This document shows positions 7,933 through 19,962 of a DNA stretch of 64,000 bases, piece after piece (position 1 is the stretch's first letter; each line of letters begins with the position of its first letter). The notes under the pieces are model-generated. The model was not told the origin of the DNA and searched no databases. It saw only the letters and a list, made by a program, of their open reading frames with translations. Location of the stretch: assembly GCA_963676835.2 (NCBI GenBank), contig CAXXFF010000002.1:992001-1056000 (forward strand). Reading direction: 5' to 3'. Source of the stretch: Marispirochaeta sp. (GTDB taxonomy: Bacteria; Spirochaetota; Spirochaetia; JC444; Marispirochaetaceae). Both the position numbers and the translations under genes were made by a program.

Positions 7933-10615
7933 CTCCGTTAAGCAGCGCGGACGGCCTTTTTCCCGCTTTGTTGCCAATCTTCTCTTTGTGTTTGAGATTG
8001 CAATCCTCGCTGCTGTTTTTGCTGTTATGTATCCGGGGCTTTCCGCCGGGTATGAGCAGGACTACCTGAGCAGTCTTAATCTCCAGCTGGCAGAACTGAA
8101 TCAGATCCTCCAGAATCGTCAGAGTCAGATAGAACGGGAACTAACGGAGTTGACCCTGAGCAACTCCATCCGGGTAAGCCTTATGCTCGGTATGGATTCC
8201 CAGACCAATGAATTCATGCTGCAGCGCTATAACAAGCTCAGCGGTGTTGAACTGTATATCCAGCAGGGAAAACAGTATTTTCCCCAGGGTGTTCCGGATC
8301 TGGAACGGTATCAGGCAATTTTCAAGGCCCTTTCGTATCAGTCCGGTATATCGCTTCTTCCCATGCAGCGGGTTAACGGCGGCCCGCCTGTGGTCCTGGC
8401 GTCTGCACCTATTAAGCGGCAGGAAACAGAGCTTGGAACAGCTCTGGCTCTCTATGATCCGGCAGAGGATGAAGAGTTTCTTGACCATTTTGCAAGAAAG
8501 AAATTTTCACACCTGATTTTTACCGATGATGAAGGAGCTCTGGATATTATTACCGGAATGCCTCTGGATGTGGAAATTCGTAATGGTGTTGCAGTCAACA
8601 AGGCCGCCCCAACTATTGCAGGGTACTCCTCTGTCTCCAGAGTCATGCCCTGGAAGGAGTTTCCGGGAATTTTTCTGGTCTACAGCATGGCCCCGGTGGA
8701 TAGGCAGAAGAGTGACTTCCTGCGTCTGTTTATCTATCTTTCCGTGGCAATTCTGCTGCTTACCATGGTTGTTGTTGCAATAATAAACCGCAATATAAAC
8801 AAGCAGATTCGACGGCTGGCAAATGACGCATTCAGTCTGGCTACCTCAGAATCCTCCGACAAGCTTCTTGTTCAGAACCTTCATTTTGATGAGTTCAATA
8901 CCCTGGCGCAGGCATTTAACCAGCTTCTGGAAAAACGGAAGGATGCCGAAGCCCGGGTTAAGCAGGTCAATGAGCAGCTGGAAAAAAGGGTGGTAAAGCG
9001 GACATCTCAGCTGGCAGCGATGAACTCTCAGTTGAAGCATGAAATTGATGACAGAATCCGTATAGAAGGAGACCTTAAGCAGGCGAAGGATCTGGCCGAA
9101 GAAGCCAGCCGGCTTAAAAGTCAGTTTCTTGCCAATGTGTCCCACGAAATACGTACACCCCTGCACTGTATCATCGGGTTCTGCGATATCCTGCAGCAGC
9201 AGGATCATGATGGTTCACTGAATACTCAGGTGTCAGCTATTCTTCGGGAATCACAAATGCTTCTGGCAATTATCAATGATCTTCTGGATCATACGAAAAT
9301 TGAAGCGGGTAAAATGGTTCTTGAAAATGCCCCCTTTTATCTTCCGGATCTTCTGTTCTCCGTAATTACCAGTGCAGAGAGTCAGGCGGAGGGTAAGGGG
9401 CTGGCTCTTTTTCTGGATTACCCGGAATCCCTGGATGCTGTCTTTTCCGGCGACCGTCTGAGGCTTCATCAGGTGCTGAATAACCTGGTTAATAACGCGG
9501 TCAAGTTTACCCACACCGGCTCGGTCCATCTAAAGGCGGAAGTAGAATCTTCCGCTGATGAGGGGCTCACCGTCTGTTTTTCCGTAATAGATACCGGAAT
9601 CGGAATCCCCGAAGAAAAGCAGCAGTCCATCTTTAACAGTTTTACCCAGGCAGACGGCAGTACAACCCGTAAATACGGGGGTACCGGCCTCGGGACAACC
9701 ATTGCCTTCGATCTTGTTCAACTTATGGGCGGCACGTTAAAACTGCACAGCATGGTGAATAAAGGGTCGGAGTTTACCTTTACCATATACCTTCCCTTTG
9801 CGGCGGACCAGGAGAGGGTTCTGCTGTCTGCAGACAACAGCAAAGCTGATTCTGTCGGCCGGAAACTTATCCGCGGAGACGCTTATACCCTGCTGCTTGT
9901 GGAGGACTACCTGACAAACCGGCAGGTTGCGCTGCACCATCTGGAGAGTCTCGGCTACAGTGTCGAAACCGCTGAGGATGGTATCCAGGCCCTCGAAAAA
10001 TGCGCCACCAGGAGCTATGACCTTATTCTTATGGATCTGCAAATGCCGAGGATGGGTGGTTCCGAAGCCAATCAGAAACTGAAACTGGGGGACGGCCTCA
10101 ATTCCAATACTCCTGTTATTGCCCTGACAGCCAATGCTGAACAGGATATTGTTGCAGTTTGTAAAAGCGAAGGCTTTGCTGATGTTATACTCAAACCGGT
10201 AAGGAGAACTCCTTTTCTGCTGAAAATCCAGCAGGTTCTCCAGGGCGATGCCGGGGACAGTGAGGGTTCCATCTCTGTGAATGAACCCGAAGGCTTCTTC
10301 AACTACCCGGCTCTTCTGGATGAGTTTGATCATGATGAAGTACTTGTGCGGCAGTTGCTTACAGAGTTTATGCGGGAGTCGGGAGAGAGCCTTGAAAAAA
10401 TGTCGAAATCCCTTGCGGAAGAGAATCTTGAGGCCTTCCGTTTTGAGGCTCACCGCATAAAAGGGGGAAGCCGCAACATGACAGCCGCAGGACTTGCCCG
10501 GGCTGCTGAAGGTGCTGAAAAGGCGGCCAAGGCAGGCGATTCTGATTCTGCCCGGGAGTTTGCCGGGACTTGCACAGAAGAGTATCATCGGCTGGTTTCC
10601 TATCTGGGGTTTTAA
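7925..10615 (+). CDS. Hybrid sensor histidine kinase (HAMP-HisKA-HATPase-REC-Hpt)
   Basis: [53 protein letters not shown]. Confidence 0.93.
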   Translation: MNNSVKQRGRPFSRFVANLLFVFEIAILAAVFAVMYPGLSAGYEQDYLSSLNLQLAELNQILQNRQSQIERELTELTLSNSIRVSLMLGMDSQTNEFMLQRYNKLSGVELYIQQGKQYFPQGVPDLERYQAIFKALSYQSGISLLPMQRVNGGPPVVLASAPIKRQETELGTALALYDPAEDEEFLDHFARKKFSHLIFTDDEGALDIITGMPLDVEIRNGVAVNKAAPTIAGYSSVSRVMPWKEFPGIFLVYSMAPVDRQKSDFLRLFIYLSVAILLLTMVVVAIINRNINKQIRRLANDAFSLATSESSDKLLVQNLHFDEFNTLAQAFNQLLEKRKDAEARVKQVNEQLEKRVVKRTSQLAAMNSQLKHEIDDRIRIEGDLKQAKDLAEEASRLKSQFLANVSHEIRTPLHCIIGFCDILQQQDHDGSLNTQVSAILRESQMLLAIINDLLDHTKIEAGKMVLENAPFYLPDLLFSVITSAESQAEGKGLALFLDYPESLDAVFSGDRLRLHQVLNNLVNNAVKFTHTGSVHLKAEVESSADEGLTVCFSVIDTGIGIPEEKQQSIFNSFTQADGSTTRKYGGTGLGTTIAFDLVQLMGGTLKLHSMVNKGSEFTFTIYLPFAADQERVLLSADNSKADSVGRKLIRGDAYTLLLVEDYLTNRQVALHHLESLGYSVETAEDGIQALEKCATRSYDLILMDLQMPRMGGSEANQKLKLGDGLNSNTPVIALTANAEQDIVAVCKSEGFADVILKPVRRTPFLLKIQQVLQGDAGDSEGSISVNEPEGFFNYPALLDEFDHDEVLVRQLLTEFMRESGESLEKMSKSLAEENLEAFRFEAHRIKGGSRNMTAAGLARAAEGAEKAAKAGDSDSAREFAGTCTEEYHRLVSYLGF

Positions 10616-10763
10616 ACCGATTCTGCTTTTTTTCCTTTTTTCGCTGTCACAAGCCAATTCCACGAAAACAACCGGCATGTATTCATCGACTGCGTCAGGC
10701 CGTTTCCGATCTGACAGCCTGACTAAACTTGACTGTCTGAATAAGGGAATGTACCTTTACCGG

Positions 10764-11428
10764 ATGAATAAAAAATTGAGAAAAACGAGTCATTCCTTTC
10801 ATGCAGGATTTACCGGAACTCTGCTGATTACCGGGGTATTTACCAGTATCATTGCCACAGCTCTTATGAATAATGCATCTTCTCTGGTGAATGATTTTAA
10901 CCTGGTTATAGCGAGTATTGTCTTTCAGCTTCTGACTGCTCTGGGTGCCGTGGGAATTGCCCTTACCCTGTTCTACATGAGAAAAGTCCCGGGGCTGCAG
11001 TCAGTGCGGTTGCATTTCGCAGTATAGAAGCTGTGTTTTATGCACTTTCCGCACTTTTTCTTACAGGACTCCTTGGTAATGCTCTGAGCGGCGTATCTGA
11101 GTCTTCTTCCAGCCTTTTCTCTTTCATATGGAATTTGCGGGATGCAGCAAATTTTATCGTCGGAGTCTGGTTTTTCTCCTTTGGATCTACTGCATATTAC
11201 TTTGCCCTGTATAAAAACAGGATGATTCCTGTATGGCTTTCCATTTGGGGCGGAATCGGGATTCTTCTTGTCTTCAGCACTTCTTTGGCAGTTTTGATCA
11301 TCGGTCCACCGTATACAATCAGCGGCCTTCTGAGCCTGCTTGCTTTGCCCATTGCCCTTCAGGAGATTGTACTTGGGATATATCTTATTGTTAAAGGATT
11401 CCAGCAGGAGGTAAAAAATGACGGATAA
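10764..11428 (+). pseudogene. DUF4386-like membrane protein, frameshifted
   Basis: First frame runs MNKK...GAVGIAL. Second frame resumes YPVLHEKSPG...AFRSIEAVFY...IPVWLSIWG...QEIVLGIYLIVKGF. Switch near 10958-10964. Confidence 0.65.
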
Positions 11429-11765
11429 AGAGTTAAAAGTTGTGTTTCACATTGATGAGCCGGAAAAGTGGAAGCTGTTGCTGGGGAATGTTCAGAACCT
11501 GATCAATGCAGCAGAGGGGTTTGAAGCGATAGCTGTTGTTGCAAACTCAGCAGCCGTAAAGGGTTATCTCAGGGATGATCCGGGTTTTGGAAACCGAATG
11601 CAGAAACTCGTAGATCAGGGAGTCCGTTTCTGTGCCTGTAATAATGCGCTGAACGGGTTGAATATAAAGTCAGAACAGCTTTTTTCCTTTGTCGAAATAG
11701 TTCCCGCAGGGGTTAAGGAGATTGTCGATTTGCAGATGCAGGCATACGCTTATATAAAACCCTGA
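11418..11765 (+). CDS. DsrE family protein
   Basis: KVVFHIDE, GNVQNL, VVAN, GVRFCACNNAL, VPAGV..IVDLQ..YAYIKP. Confidence 0.85.
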   Translation: MTDKELKVVFHIDEPEKWKLLLGNVQNLINAAEGFEAIAVVANSAAVKGYLRDDPGFGNRMQKLVDQGVRFCACNNALNGLNIKSEQLFSFVEIVPAGVKEIVDLQMQAYAYIKP

Positions 11766-11856
11766 TTAAGCTGCTCAACCCGAATTTTCTTTTTAATTAT
11801 TACCTGCATTTTTTAGCATTTCCTTACCGGTTTTACTATGATTTGATCAGAGGATC

Positions 11857-14800
11857 ATGGGAAAAATCGAGGTAGAACACTTTTTTACTCATTGCTGTCG
11901 GCCGCTTGGCCGATACCTTCTTGTTTCCCTGCTGTTTTTTATAATCCTCTCCTGTTCTCCTTCATCTCCGCTGGTAGGAACTGCACAGACTGAACAGCCT
12001 CTCAATAATGAGTTTATCGCCCGGCTGACCCCGGAAGAACAGACCTGGCTGAAGAACCATAACTCTTTTTCCTTAGGGATAATGAATGCCTGGCCCCCTA
12101 TGAATTTTGTAAATCCCAATGGTGTCCCCGACGGCATAGGGGTTGATTATATTCAGGCTCTCAATCGCCGGCTGGATTGTGAGATTACTCTGGTGCCGGC
12201 TCCCTTTGCTCAAAACCTTGAGGCAGCGAAAGCACGGAAAATTGATGCATTAATGGATGTGACCCCCAAGCCTGAGCGGGAGGAGTTTCTTTACTTTACC
12301 GGGGAATATCTGAATATTCCCCATGTTATTGTGGCGAGGATTAATGGGCCCCGCTTTGCCTTTGAAAAGGATCTTTCAGGCCATACACTGGCTCTGGAAA
12401 AGGGATTTTATAACGTAACCTACTTCAGCCAGAAGTATCCTCACCTGGTAATCCAGGAATACCCCGATACCGCCCGGGCTCTGGGGGCTGTTTCCCGGGG
12501 CGAGGCTGACGCCTATGTAGGCAACCGGGCAGTGGCTGCCTGGATTATGGAAAAAGAGCTGATTACAAATCTGCAGTTTATGGGCAGGGCAGATAAGGAG
12601 GGCTCTGTCCTTACCATTGGCGTCCGGAAAGACTGGCCGCTTCTGGCATCAATACTTGATAAGGCTCTGGAAGATCTGCGCCCTGCCGAGATCCATGATA
12701 TTCACCAGAACTGGACTGGATTTTCATCTCAAACCACCCGGGACGACAGCGGGCCCGAAGTTTCTGAAGGCACCGGAGGGTCCGAGCTTCTGACTTCAGC
12801 GGAAAAGGAGTGGCTGGAAGCACATAAAGGGATAACTTTGGGCATCGGTGCAAGCTGGCAGCCTTTTGTTTTTGAGAAGAGTGACGGCAGTCTTGAAGGC
12901 TTTGATGTGGACTACCTGGCAGCCATTAACCGTCTGACCGGCGCTGATATTAAACTTGTCGCCGGTCAATGGAAAGATATTGTCCAGATGGGGGAGGGCC
13001 GGGCGATTGACGGACTGGCTGAATCGGCAGTTACACCCCAACGGGCTGAAAAATTCAATTTTTCTACAAGCTATAATATTACTGAATATGCGGCAGCTAC
13101 AGTCCCTGAAACTGCTGCTGAATTTCGCGGACCATCTGATCTGAAAGGAAAGAGGATAGCCCACCTTAATGGAAATATCTGGACAGGAAAAATACTTAAT
13201 TCAATTGACCGGGTGCAGATACTCGAGGCGGATTCCGAGACAGAAGCTTTTAGGCTGGTATTGCAGGATAAAGCCGATTTCGCCCTGATTCCGGTACATC
13301 AGTTTGGAGCTCTCCGGGAAATTTACCATCAGTCACTCTCATTTGCCTATGTATTTACCCAGGATGAGTATGTGCTGAACTCTGTGTATTCCATCCGCAA
13401 TGACTGGCCGGAACTGGTGACAATACTCAACAAGGCGATTTCTGCAATCAGCATTACCGAAAAACAGCTGATGTATGAAAAATGGATTCCCGCACCCACC
13501 GGTATCCTTCAGGCAGCATCGCATAATCATCTGCAGTTTCAGATAGGCCTGTTTCTGCTGAAGAGTATCGGCCTTGTTTTCATTGTAATGATGGCTGGCA
13601 TTTTCATCGCCTGGATGGTAAAAGGCAGGCCGAAACAGCTCTCCATTCGTGATTCAATGTTTGTTATATCTTTTATTTTTGCCTCCCTTATTGTGTCCAG
13701 CGGTGTCTTTGTGCTGCTCCTTTCCCAGACCCACGAGCATGAAGATGAGATTACCGATAGAAATCTTGAGTCGTTGAACCTTGCCTTTGAATTGAAACAG
13801 TCTTCGGACGATCTCACCCGTTTTGCCAGGACCTACACAGTTACCTCCGACCCCAAATACGAGTATTTCTACAGAAAAATTGATGCGATTCGTGATGGAA
13901 GGCAGGCGCACCCTGCTGAGTTCAATTTGTTTTACTGGGACTACATATCTGCAGACCTGCTTGCCTTCAATCAGCAGGGTTCTACTTACAGTATTGAAGA
14001 GCAGATGAACTCTCTTGGTCTTACGGATGAAGAAAAGTTCAAGCTCTATGAAGCCAAAAAAGAGTCTGAAGCCCTTATGCATATGGAGAATACCGCCATG
14101 AATGCGGTAAAGGGGCTCTACCGCGATTCCAGCGGCCAGTTTACCATCAATGCTGATCCCAACCCGGCTATGGCCAGGGAACTGCTGCACAGCCAGGAAT
14201 ACAACCAGGCAAAAGCCCGGATAATGACTCCTATTGACCAGTTTTTCTCACTGCTTAAGACAAGAATGGACCGGGATGAGAATCAGCTGCACACCCGCAA
14301 TCAGGGGGTTATATTCGGCATAGCCCTTCTGGTCGGCATAACCATCGCCTTTTCCATCTATATTTTTTACCAGATGAGACTCCGGATTATTCTACCCCTC
14401 TCGGCGGTGGAAAAAGGGGTTAAGGAAGTAAAAAAAGGTAATTTCTCACATGCCATTGAGATCAAACATCATGATGAAATCGGTTCCCTGGCAGCAGTCT
14501 TCAACTCAATGTCCCGGAGTATTGAGGAACGTACCTCCCGCTTGACTGCCACCATAGAGTCCACCACTGACGGTATTCTGGTGGTAGATCTGAATCAGAA
14601 GGTTACCTCCTATAACACCAGGTTTCTGGATATCTGGAATATCGACAGGACCCTCGCCGAGGCAGGAAATGATGATGAGCTGCTTGCCCAGTGTGTAGTT
14701 CAGCTGAAGGATCCCGATGCCTTTATTGACAGTGTGAAGCAGCTGTATGCACACCCGGAAGCAACAGATTTTTCCACCCTGTTTTTGGGTGACGGCCGTA

Positions 14801-17157
14801 TTCTTGAGCGCTATTCCCAGCCCCAGAGAATAGGTGAAAAAATTCTCGGCAGGGTATGGAGCTTCCGGGATGTTACCGCAACCCGTATGGCGGAGCAGGC
14901 CCTGAAAGAGGCCAAGGACGCCGCCGAGGTTGCCACCAGGGCAAAAAGCGATTTCCTTGCCAATATGAGCCACGAAATACGCACTCCCATGAACGCCATA
15001 ATTGGTATGAGCAATCTGGCCCTTAAAACTGATCTGAACGATAAACAGCGGGATTACCTTTTAAAAATAGATCAGTCGTCCAAGGCTCTTCTGAATATTA
15101 TCAACGACATTCTGGATTTTTCAAAGATTGAAGCGGGGAAACTGGAGATCGAGTCGGTTCCCTTCTTCCTGGATGATGTGCTTGAGAACCTTACCAGCAT
15201 GGTAAGCGTCCATACCAGGGAAAAAGGCCTTGAGTTTGTCTATAACATTGTTCCGGATTTTCCCCAGAAACTTGTTGGAGATCCCCTGCGTCTTGGACAG
15301 ATATTGCTGAATCTGTGCAGCAACGCGGTGAAATTTACCGAAACCGGCGGCGTTGTTGTCTCTGCGGATGTTGAGAGTCGGGATGAAAGCGGCCTGATTG
15401 CCCGGTTCAGTATTCGCGATACCGGGGTCGGCATGAATCCGGAACAGCAGAAAAAGCTGTTCCAGTCCTTTTCCCAGGCAGATACATCTACCACCAGAAA
15501 ATACGGCGGCACCGGGCTGGGCCTTGCAATTAGCCGGAATCTTGCGGGATTAATGGGCGGCGGTATCGGAGTAACCTCTGTTCCAGGCAAGGGAAGTACC
15601 TTCTGGTTCACCGTACACTTGGGGCTGCACGATAAATCAAAACCGGATAAGGAGAAATACTCAGTTCTGGCTTCAGACTTGAAAGGTACCAGGATCCTGA
15701 TTGTTGATGATAACGAAGATGCCCGAAACTCTCTTAAAATGATGTGCGAGAGCTTCGGCTTTGAGGTTATCACGGCGGTAAACGGATTCGAGGCTATAAG
15801 CATGCTTGAGGCACCCGAAGAAAAAGAGACTCCCCTTGTTCTGATGGATCTCAAAATGCCGGGAATAGACGGCTTTGAGACTACCCGGCGAATAATCGCA
15901 AGTGAGAAAGTGAAAGTAAAACCGACGATTATTATGCTCACAGCATATGGCCGGGAAGAGCTTATGGTGCAGGCTTCAGAGGTGGGTATAGAGGCTTTTC
16001 TGGTTAAGCCCGTAAGCCAGTCCCTGCTTTTTGAAACCATTATGGCTACCTTCGGAAAAGAGATTAAAGTTCGTTCTCAGCGGCTTCCCGGGCAGACTGT
16101 TCTGCCGGAGAATTTTGACTCCCTTCGGGGTGCCCGTATTCTTCTGGTCGAGGATAACCAGTTGAATCAGCAGGTTGCCCGTGAGCTTTTGGAGGATGAA
16201 GGCTTCCATGTTTTTCTTGCTGAGAACGGCCGGCTGGCGGTGGACGCGGTGGCAGAGGCGGAACCGGATTTCTACGATATTGTTCTTATGGATCTTCAAA
16301 TGCCCGAAATGGACGGTTATGAAGCCACCCGGGAGCTGAGAAAAAATCCAGAGCTGCAAAAACTCCCGGTCATTGCCATGACCGCCGACGCCATGGACGG
16401 TGTGGCAGACAGGGTTCTTCAGGCAGGTATGAATGACTATGTATCAAAGCCTATCGAACTGGAAAACCTTTTCCATGTGCTCTCTTCCTGGATTAAGCCC
16501 GGCAGCCGGGAGCTGCCAGAAGGATATACTCCTCCGGATTTCGCAGCAGGGGATTTACCGGAAAAGCTGCCGGTGATTGATGGAATTGATACTGCTGATG
16601 GATTAAGCCGGGTAGGCGGAAACCTTAAGCGTTATGTAAAGGTACTGGAACAGTTTGTGGAGAATCAGGGACAGGTGGAATCTGCACTGAACCAGTCGGT
16701 GGAGAAAGAAGACTGGGAAACTGCTGTTCGTCTTGCACATACGTTAAAGGGAATTGCAGGAACCATCGGAGCATCGGAACTGCAGAAACTGGCGGCAGAA
16801 CTTGAAAAGAGTTTAAAAGCGGAGACCCTGACTGTTTTAGATGAGCAGATAAGTGCGGTGGGAACCATGGTGGCAGAAACCGTAGCTGCTATATCGACAG
16901 GTCTGCGGGATGTGCCGGATATGGTTCCGCCGAACCATGAGAGTGAATCCCTTAAGCAGCTTGCGGACAGTCTGAGGGAGCTTCTCCTTGAGGACGACTC
17001 AAAGGCGGCTGATGTAATAGAGCAGATGATTAACGCCGCAGAAGGATTGCCCCTGGCACAGCAGCTTGCCGCAATTCAGGCGGATATTCGGGATATAGAG
17101 TACCAGGGGGCACTGGAAAAACTTGATGAACTTGAGATAAAGGATCTGGAGGATTGA
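11857..17157 (+). CDS. Large hybrid histidine kinase (2x PBPb, HAMP, PAS, HisKA, HATPase, 2x REC, Hpt)
   Basis: Two LT.EE..WL..H / WPP PBPb repeats. [22 protein letters not shown], two MDL.MP receivers, AHTLKGIAG. Confidence 0.93.
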   Translation: MGKIEVEHFFTHCCRPLGRYLLVSLLFFIILSCSPSSPLVGTAQTEQPLNNEFIARLTPEEQTWLKNHNSFSLGIMNAWPPMNFVNPNGVPDGIGVDYIQALNRRLDCEITLVPAPFAQNLEAAKARKIDALMDVTPKPEREEFLYFTGEYLNIPHVIVARINGPRFAFEKDLSGHTLALEKGFYNVTYFSQKYPHLVIQEYPDTARALGAVSRGEADAYVGNRAVAAWIMEKELITNLQFMGRADKEGSVLTIGVRKDWPLLASILDKALEDLRPAEIHDIHQNWTGFSSQTTRDDSGPEVSEGTGGSELLTSAEKEWLEAHKGITLGIGASWQPFVFEKSDGSLEGFDVDYLAAINRLTGADIKLVAGQWKDIVQMGEGRAIDGLAESAVTPQRAEKFNFSTSYNITEYAAATVPETAAEFRGPSDLKGKRIAHLNGNIWTGKILNSIDRVQILEADSETEAFRLVLQDKADFALIPVHQFGALREIYHQSLSFAYVFTQDEYVLNSVYSIRNDWPELVTILNKAISAISITEKQLMYEKWIPAPTGILQAASHNHLQFQIGLFLLKSIGLVFIVMMAGIFIAWMVKGRPKQLSIRDSMFVISFIFASLIVSSGVFVLLLSQTHEHEDEITDRNLESLNLAFELKQSSDDLTRFARTYTVTSDPKYEYFYRKIDAIRDGRQAHPAEFNLFYWDYISADLLAFNQQGSTYSIEEQMNSLGLTDEEKFKLYEAKKESEALMHMENTAMNAVKGLYRDSSGQFTINADPNPAMARELLHSQEYNQAKARIMTPIDQFFSLLKTRMDRDENQLHTRNQGVIFGIALLVGITIAFSIYIFYQMRLRIILPLSAVEKGVKEVKKGNFSHAIEIKHHDEIGSLAAVFNSMSRSIEERTSRLTATIESTTDGILVVDLNQKVTSYNTRFLDIWNIDRTLAEAGNDDELLAQCVVQLKDPDAFIDSVKQLYAHPEATDFSTLFLGDGRILERYSQPQRIGEKILGRVWSFRDVTATRMAEQALKEAKDAAEVATRAKSDFLANMSHEIRTPMNAIIGMSNLALKTDLNDKQRDYLLKIDQSSKALLNIINDILDFSKIEAGKLEIESVPFFLDDVLENLTSMVSVHTREKGLEFVYNIVPDFPQKLVGDPLRLGQILLNLCSNAVKFTETGGVVVSADVESRDESGLIARFSIRDTGVGMNPEQQKKLFQSFSQADTSTTRKYGGTGLGLAISRNLAGLMGGGIGVTSVPGKGSTFWFTVHLGLHDKSKPDKEKYSVLASDLKGTRILIVDDNEDARNSLKMMCESFGFEVITAVNGFEAISMLEAPEEKETPLVLMDLKMPGIDGFETTRRIIASEKVKVKPTIIMLTAYGREELMVQASEVGIEAFLVKPVSQSLLFETIMATFGKEIKVRSQRLPGQTVLPENFDSLRGARILLVEDNQLNQQVARELLEDEGFHVFLAENGRLAVDAVAEAEPDFYDIVLMDLQMPEMDGYEATRELRKNPELQKLPVIAMTADAMDGVADRVLQAGMNDYVSKPIELENLFHVLSSWIKPGSRELPEGYTPPDFAAGDLPEKLPVIDGIDTADGLSRVGGNLKRYVKVLEQFVENQGQVESALNQSVEKEDWETAVRLAHTLKGIAGTIGASELQKLAAELEKSLKAETLTVLDEQISAVGTMVAETVAAISTGLRDVPDMVPPNHESESLKQLADSLRELLLEDDSKAADVIEQMINAAEGLPLAQQLAAIQADIRDIEYQGALEKLDELEIKDLED

Positions 17158-17158
17158 T

Positions 17159-18250
17159 ATGGGCAAAGTACTGATTGTAGATGATACTGCAGAAAACCGT
17201 GAGATTTTCAAAGGACTCCTCGAAGCGGATCATACTATTTACCTGGCGAAAAACGGTGAGCAGGGAATTCAGCTGGCCCGTAAACGGGAACCGGACCTTA
17301 TTTTGATGGACGTAATGATGCCGGTTATGGACGGGTATGAAGCATGTAAAGTACTGAAAGAAGATGCTTCCACCCGGGATATTCCCCTGATCTTTCTTAC
17401 CTCCATGTCCGAGGAGGAGGATGAGACCAAAGGACTCGGCCTTGGGGCGGTGGACTATGTAACCAAACCTGTCCGACCTTCAATATTGCGGGAGCGGGTC
17501 AAGAATCATCTGGAACTGAAACATTCAAGAGATCTTCTCAAGCGGCAGAACGAGGTGCTGGAAGAGCGGGTACTTGAGCGCACCCGGCAGATGGAAGAGC
17601 TTCAGGATGTAACCATGGTTGCCATGGGCGCCCTTGCGGAATCCCGGGATCCGGAGACGGGCAACCATATCCGGCGGACCCAGCACTATATAAAAGCCCT
17701 GGCCATGCATCTGAAGGATCATCCCGGATTCGGGGGATTTTTTGAACCGGGAATAATCACCTCCCTCTATAAATCTGCTCCTCTACATGATATCGGCAAG
17801 GTCGGTGTTCCCGATGAAATTCTGCTTAAGCCAGGCAAGCTGACTCCTGAGGAATTTGATATTATGAAGATGCATACGGTCCATGGCCGTGATGCAATTG
17901 CGGCGGCCGAAGGTTCCATGATAGTAGCCGATGATTTTCTTATCTTCGCAAAAGAGATTGCCTATATGCATCACGAAAAATGGGATGGATCGGGCTATCC
18001 CCTTGGGCTCAAAGGTGATGATATTCCTATCTCAGCCCGGCTTATGGCCGTTGCCGATGTATATGATGCTCTTATAAGCAAGCGTGTTTACAAGCCGGCC
18101 TTTCCCCACGAAAAAGCTGTTTCCATAATTGCAGAGGGACGGGGCTCCCATTTTGATCCGGACATGACCGATGCCTTTATGGAAATACAGGAAGAGTTCA
18201 AGCAGATTGCCGGTAAGTTTACCGATAGTGAAGGAGCACTAAAGTCATAA
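17159..18250 (+). CDS. Response regulator with HD-GYP c-di-GMP phosphodiesterase domain (RpfG-like)
   Basis: N-terminal REC. ETGNH, LHDIGK, HHEKWDGSGYP, ADVYDAL. Confidence 0.93.
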   Translation: MGKVLIVDDTAENREIFKGLLEADHTIYLAKNGEQGIQLARKREPDLILMDVMMPVMDGYEACKVLKEDASTRDIPLIFLTSMSEEEDETKGLGLGAVDYVTKPVRPSILRERVKNHLELKHSRDLLKRQNEVLEERVLERTRQMEELQDVTMVAMGALAESRDPETGNHIRRTQHYIKALAMHLKDHPGFGGFFEPGIITSLYKSAPLHDIGKVGVPDEILLKPGKLTPEEFDIMKMHTVHGRDAIAAAEGSMIVADDFLIFAKEIAYMHHEKWDGSGYPLGLKGDDIPISARLMAVADVYDALISKRVYKPAFPHEKAVSIIAEGRGSHFDPDMTDAFMEIQEEFKQIAGKFTDSEGALKS

Positions 18251-18337
18251 GTACTGCATTCAGGAACAATTCCTTTTTCTTGCGTAATATAATTCCTCAT
18301 GAGAAAATAGATGTACTGCTATATATGAGGGTAGTAC

Positions 18338-19711
18338 ATGCATTTTGATCATTCCACCTTGGAGTTTATTATTGAAGGCTCAAACCTTGGAACCTGGGAG
18401 TGGAATGTTCAGACCGGAGAAACCGTCTTTAACCGGCGATGGGCGGAAATTGTCGGATACAGCCTTGAAGAACTTGCCCCGATATCAATAGAAACATGGA
18501 AAGAGCTGACTCATCCCGAAGATCTGGAAAAAGCAGGGGTTAAACTGCAGGCCCATTTCAGGGGTAAAGCAGAGTTCTATGAAATGGAACTCCGGATGCG
18601 TCACAAGGACGGTCACTGGGTGTGGGTTCTCGACCGGGGCAAGGTTTACACCCGAACGGAAGCAGGTGATCCGGAATGGGTCTACGGATCACATCAGGAT
18701 ATTTCCATGCAGAAAGAACTGGAGTTTCGGCTTAAGCAGAGTGAGGAAAAGTTCCAGAAAACCTTTATAACAAATCCTGCAATATCCGGCTTGAGTGATA
18801 TAGAGACCGGCTGCTATGTAGAGGTAAACCCGGCATTTTATGCGCAGCTTGGCTTTGAGGAAGGTGAGGTTATCGGCAGGCGGGCAACAGACCTTCTCAA
18901 ACTGGACCCTGGATTCAGGGAACCTGCATTAGCGCAGATGAAGGAAAATGGTGCTGTGTATAATCTGGAAACTTCCATTACCAGAAAAGACGGTAGTGTC
19001 ATGGACGTTCTTGTTTCAGCCAACATCCTGGAACTGCAGGGCCGGAAATACAATTTTACCACCGCCATCGATATTTCCCGGCAAAAGGAAGCGGAAAGAG
19101 CGCTCCAGAAAAGTCTGGAGGAAAAAGAGCTTTTAATGCGGGAGATGAACCACCGCATCAAGAATAATCTTCTTCTTGTTTCATCGCTCATAAGCCTTGA
19201 ATGTATGAACAGCCAGAAGGACGCGGATCTTGGTAATCTGAAAAACCGCATAGATGCCATTGGCCTTATTCATGAAACCCTTCTGAAGGATAAAGACCTG
19301 AAAACGGTAAACATCCGGACATACATAGAAAATCTGTTGGCAAATATTTTTGAACATTTTGTTCAATATTCTGTCACGGTGAATAATGATGTGGAGCCAA
19401 CGGAGATTTCCACGGATAAAACAATCCCCATCGGCCTTATTGTAAATGAAATTGCCACAAATGCAGTAAAGCATGGTCTTCAGGAAGGAGACCACGCGGT
19501 ATTTAATATAAAAATGGCCAGCCCCGATGAGGATGGTATGGTTGAATTGCGGATATCCGATAACGGCGACCCGCTCCCGGACAATCTCGATTTTGAGCAT
19601 CCCCGGAGTACCGGTCTGCAGCTGATCCAATCATTGGTTATGCAGCTGGGTGGAACCATTCAGCTTACCCGGTCGCCCCATGCGGAATACCGGATATATT
19701 TTTCTCTATAG
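18338..19711 (+). CDS. PAS-PAS sensor histidine kinase (HisKA_2 type)
   Basis: PAS_3 (GTWEW, HPED, RMRHKDGHWVW), EMNHRIKNNL, NEIATNAVKHG. Confidence 0.9.
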   Translation: MHFDHSTLEFIIEGSNLGTWEWNVQTGETVFNRRWAEIVGYSLEELAPISIETWKELTHPEDLEKAGVKLQAHFRGKAEFYEMELRMRHKDGHWVWVLDRGKVYTRTEAGDPEWVYGSHQDISMQKELEFRLKQSEEKFQKTFITNPAISGLSDIETGCYVEVNPAFYAQLGFEEGEVIGRRATDLLKLDPGFREPALAQMKENGAVYNLETSITRKDGSVMDVLVSANILELQGRKYNFTTAIDISRQKEAERALQKSLEEKELLMREMNHRIKNNLLLVSSLISLECMNSQKDADLGNLKNRIDAIGLIHETLLKDKDLKTVNIRTYIENLLANIFEHFVQYSVTVNNDVEPTEISTDKTIPIGLIVNEIATNAVKHGLQEGDHAVFNIKMASPDEDGMVELRISDNGDPLPDNLDFEHPRSTGLQLIQSLVMQLGGTIQLTRSPHAEYRIYFSL

Positions 19712-19744
19712 TGGGTGCTTAAATATTATAAAAACAATCAGCTA

Positions 19745-19796
19745 TAGACATCCTGCTTAATTGACAGTATCTTTTGGTTATACCCCCAGGGGGTAT
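19745..19796 (+). promoter_or_regulatory. Sigma70 promoter with CsoR/RcnR-type operator
   Basis: TAGACA(19745)-17bp-TATCTT(19768), followed by the perfect inverted repeat ATACCCCC-A-GGGGGTAT at 19780-19796. Confidence 0.75.
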
Positions 19797-19810
19797 GTGA
19801 GAGGTGCAAT

Positions 19811-19948
19811 ATGAAGCGAATTTTTACCACAATCAGATTACGCTGGATCAAATATCTTGAAAAACTTGCCAAAGTGAATGAGGAGCTTTACGGCAATAAG
19901 CGGCTGGATTGCTGTGATATGAACAAAACACGGCACCCGGGTGCCTGA
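19811..19948 (+). CDS. 45-aa LDCC-motif putative metal-binding peptide (missing from the ORF track)
   Basis: GAGGTG RBS. Translation MKRIFTTIRLRWIKYLEKLAKVNEELYGNKRLDCCDMNKTRHPGA. Lies between the operator and the oxidase. Confidence 0.75.
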   Translation: MKRIFTTIRLRWIKYLEKLAKVNEELYGNKRLDCCDMNKTRHPGA

Positions 19949-19962
19949 CGCAGTGTATCCCT

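Noticed and set aside
10694..10723. GTCAGGC/GCCTGAC hairpin as a riboswitch
   Set aside because: Only a short stem, with no aptamer consensus recognised.
10494..10763. N-terminal part of the 177-aa ORF
   Set aside because: Overlaps the kinase 3' end and intergenic DNA; the plausible start is ATG10764.
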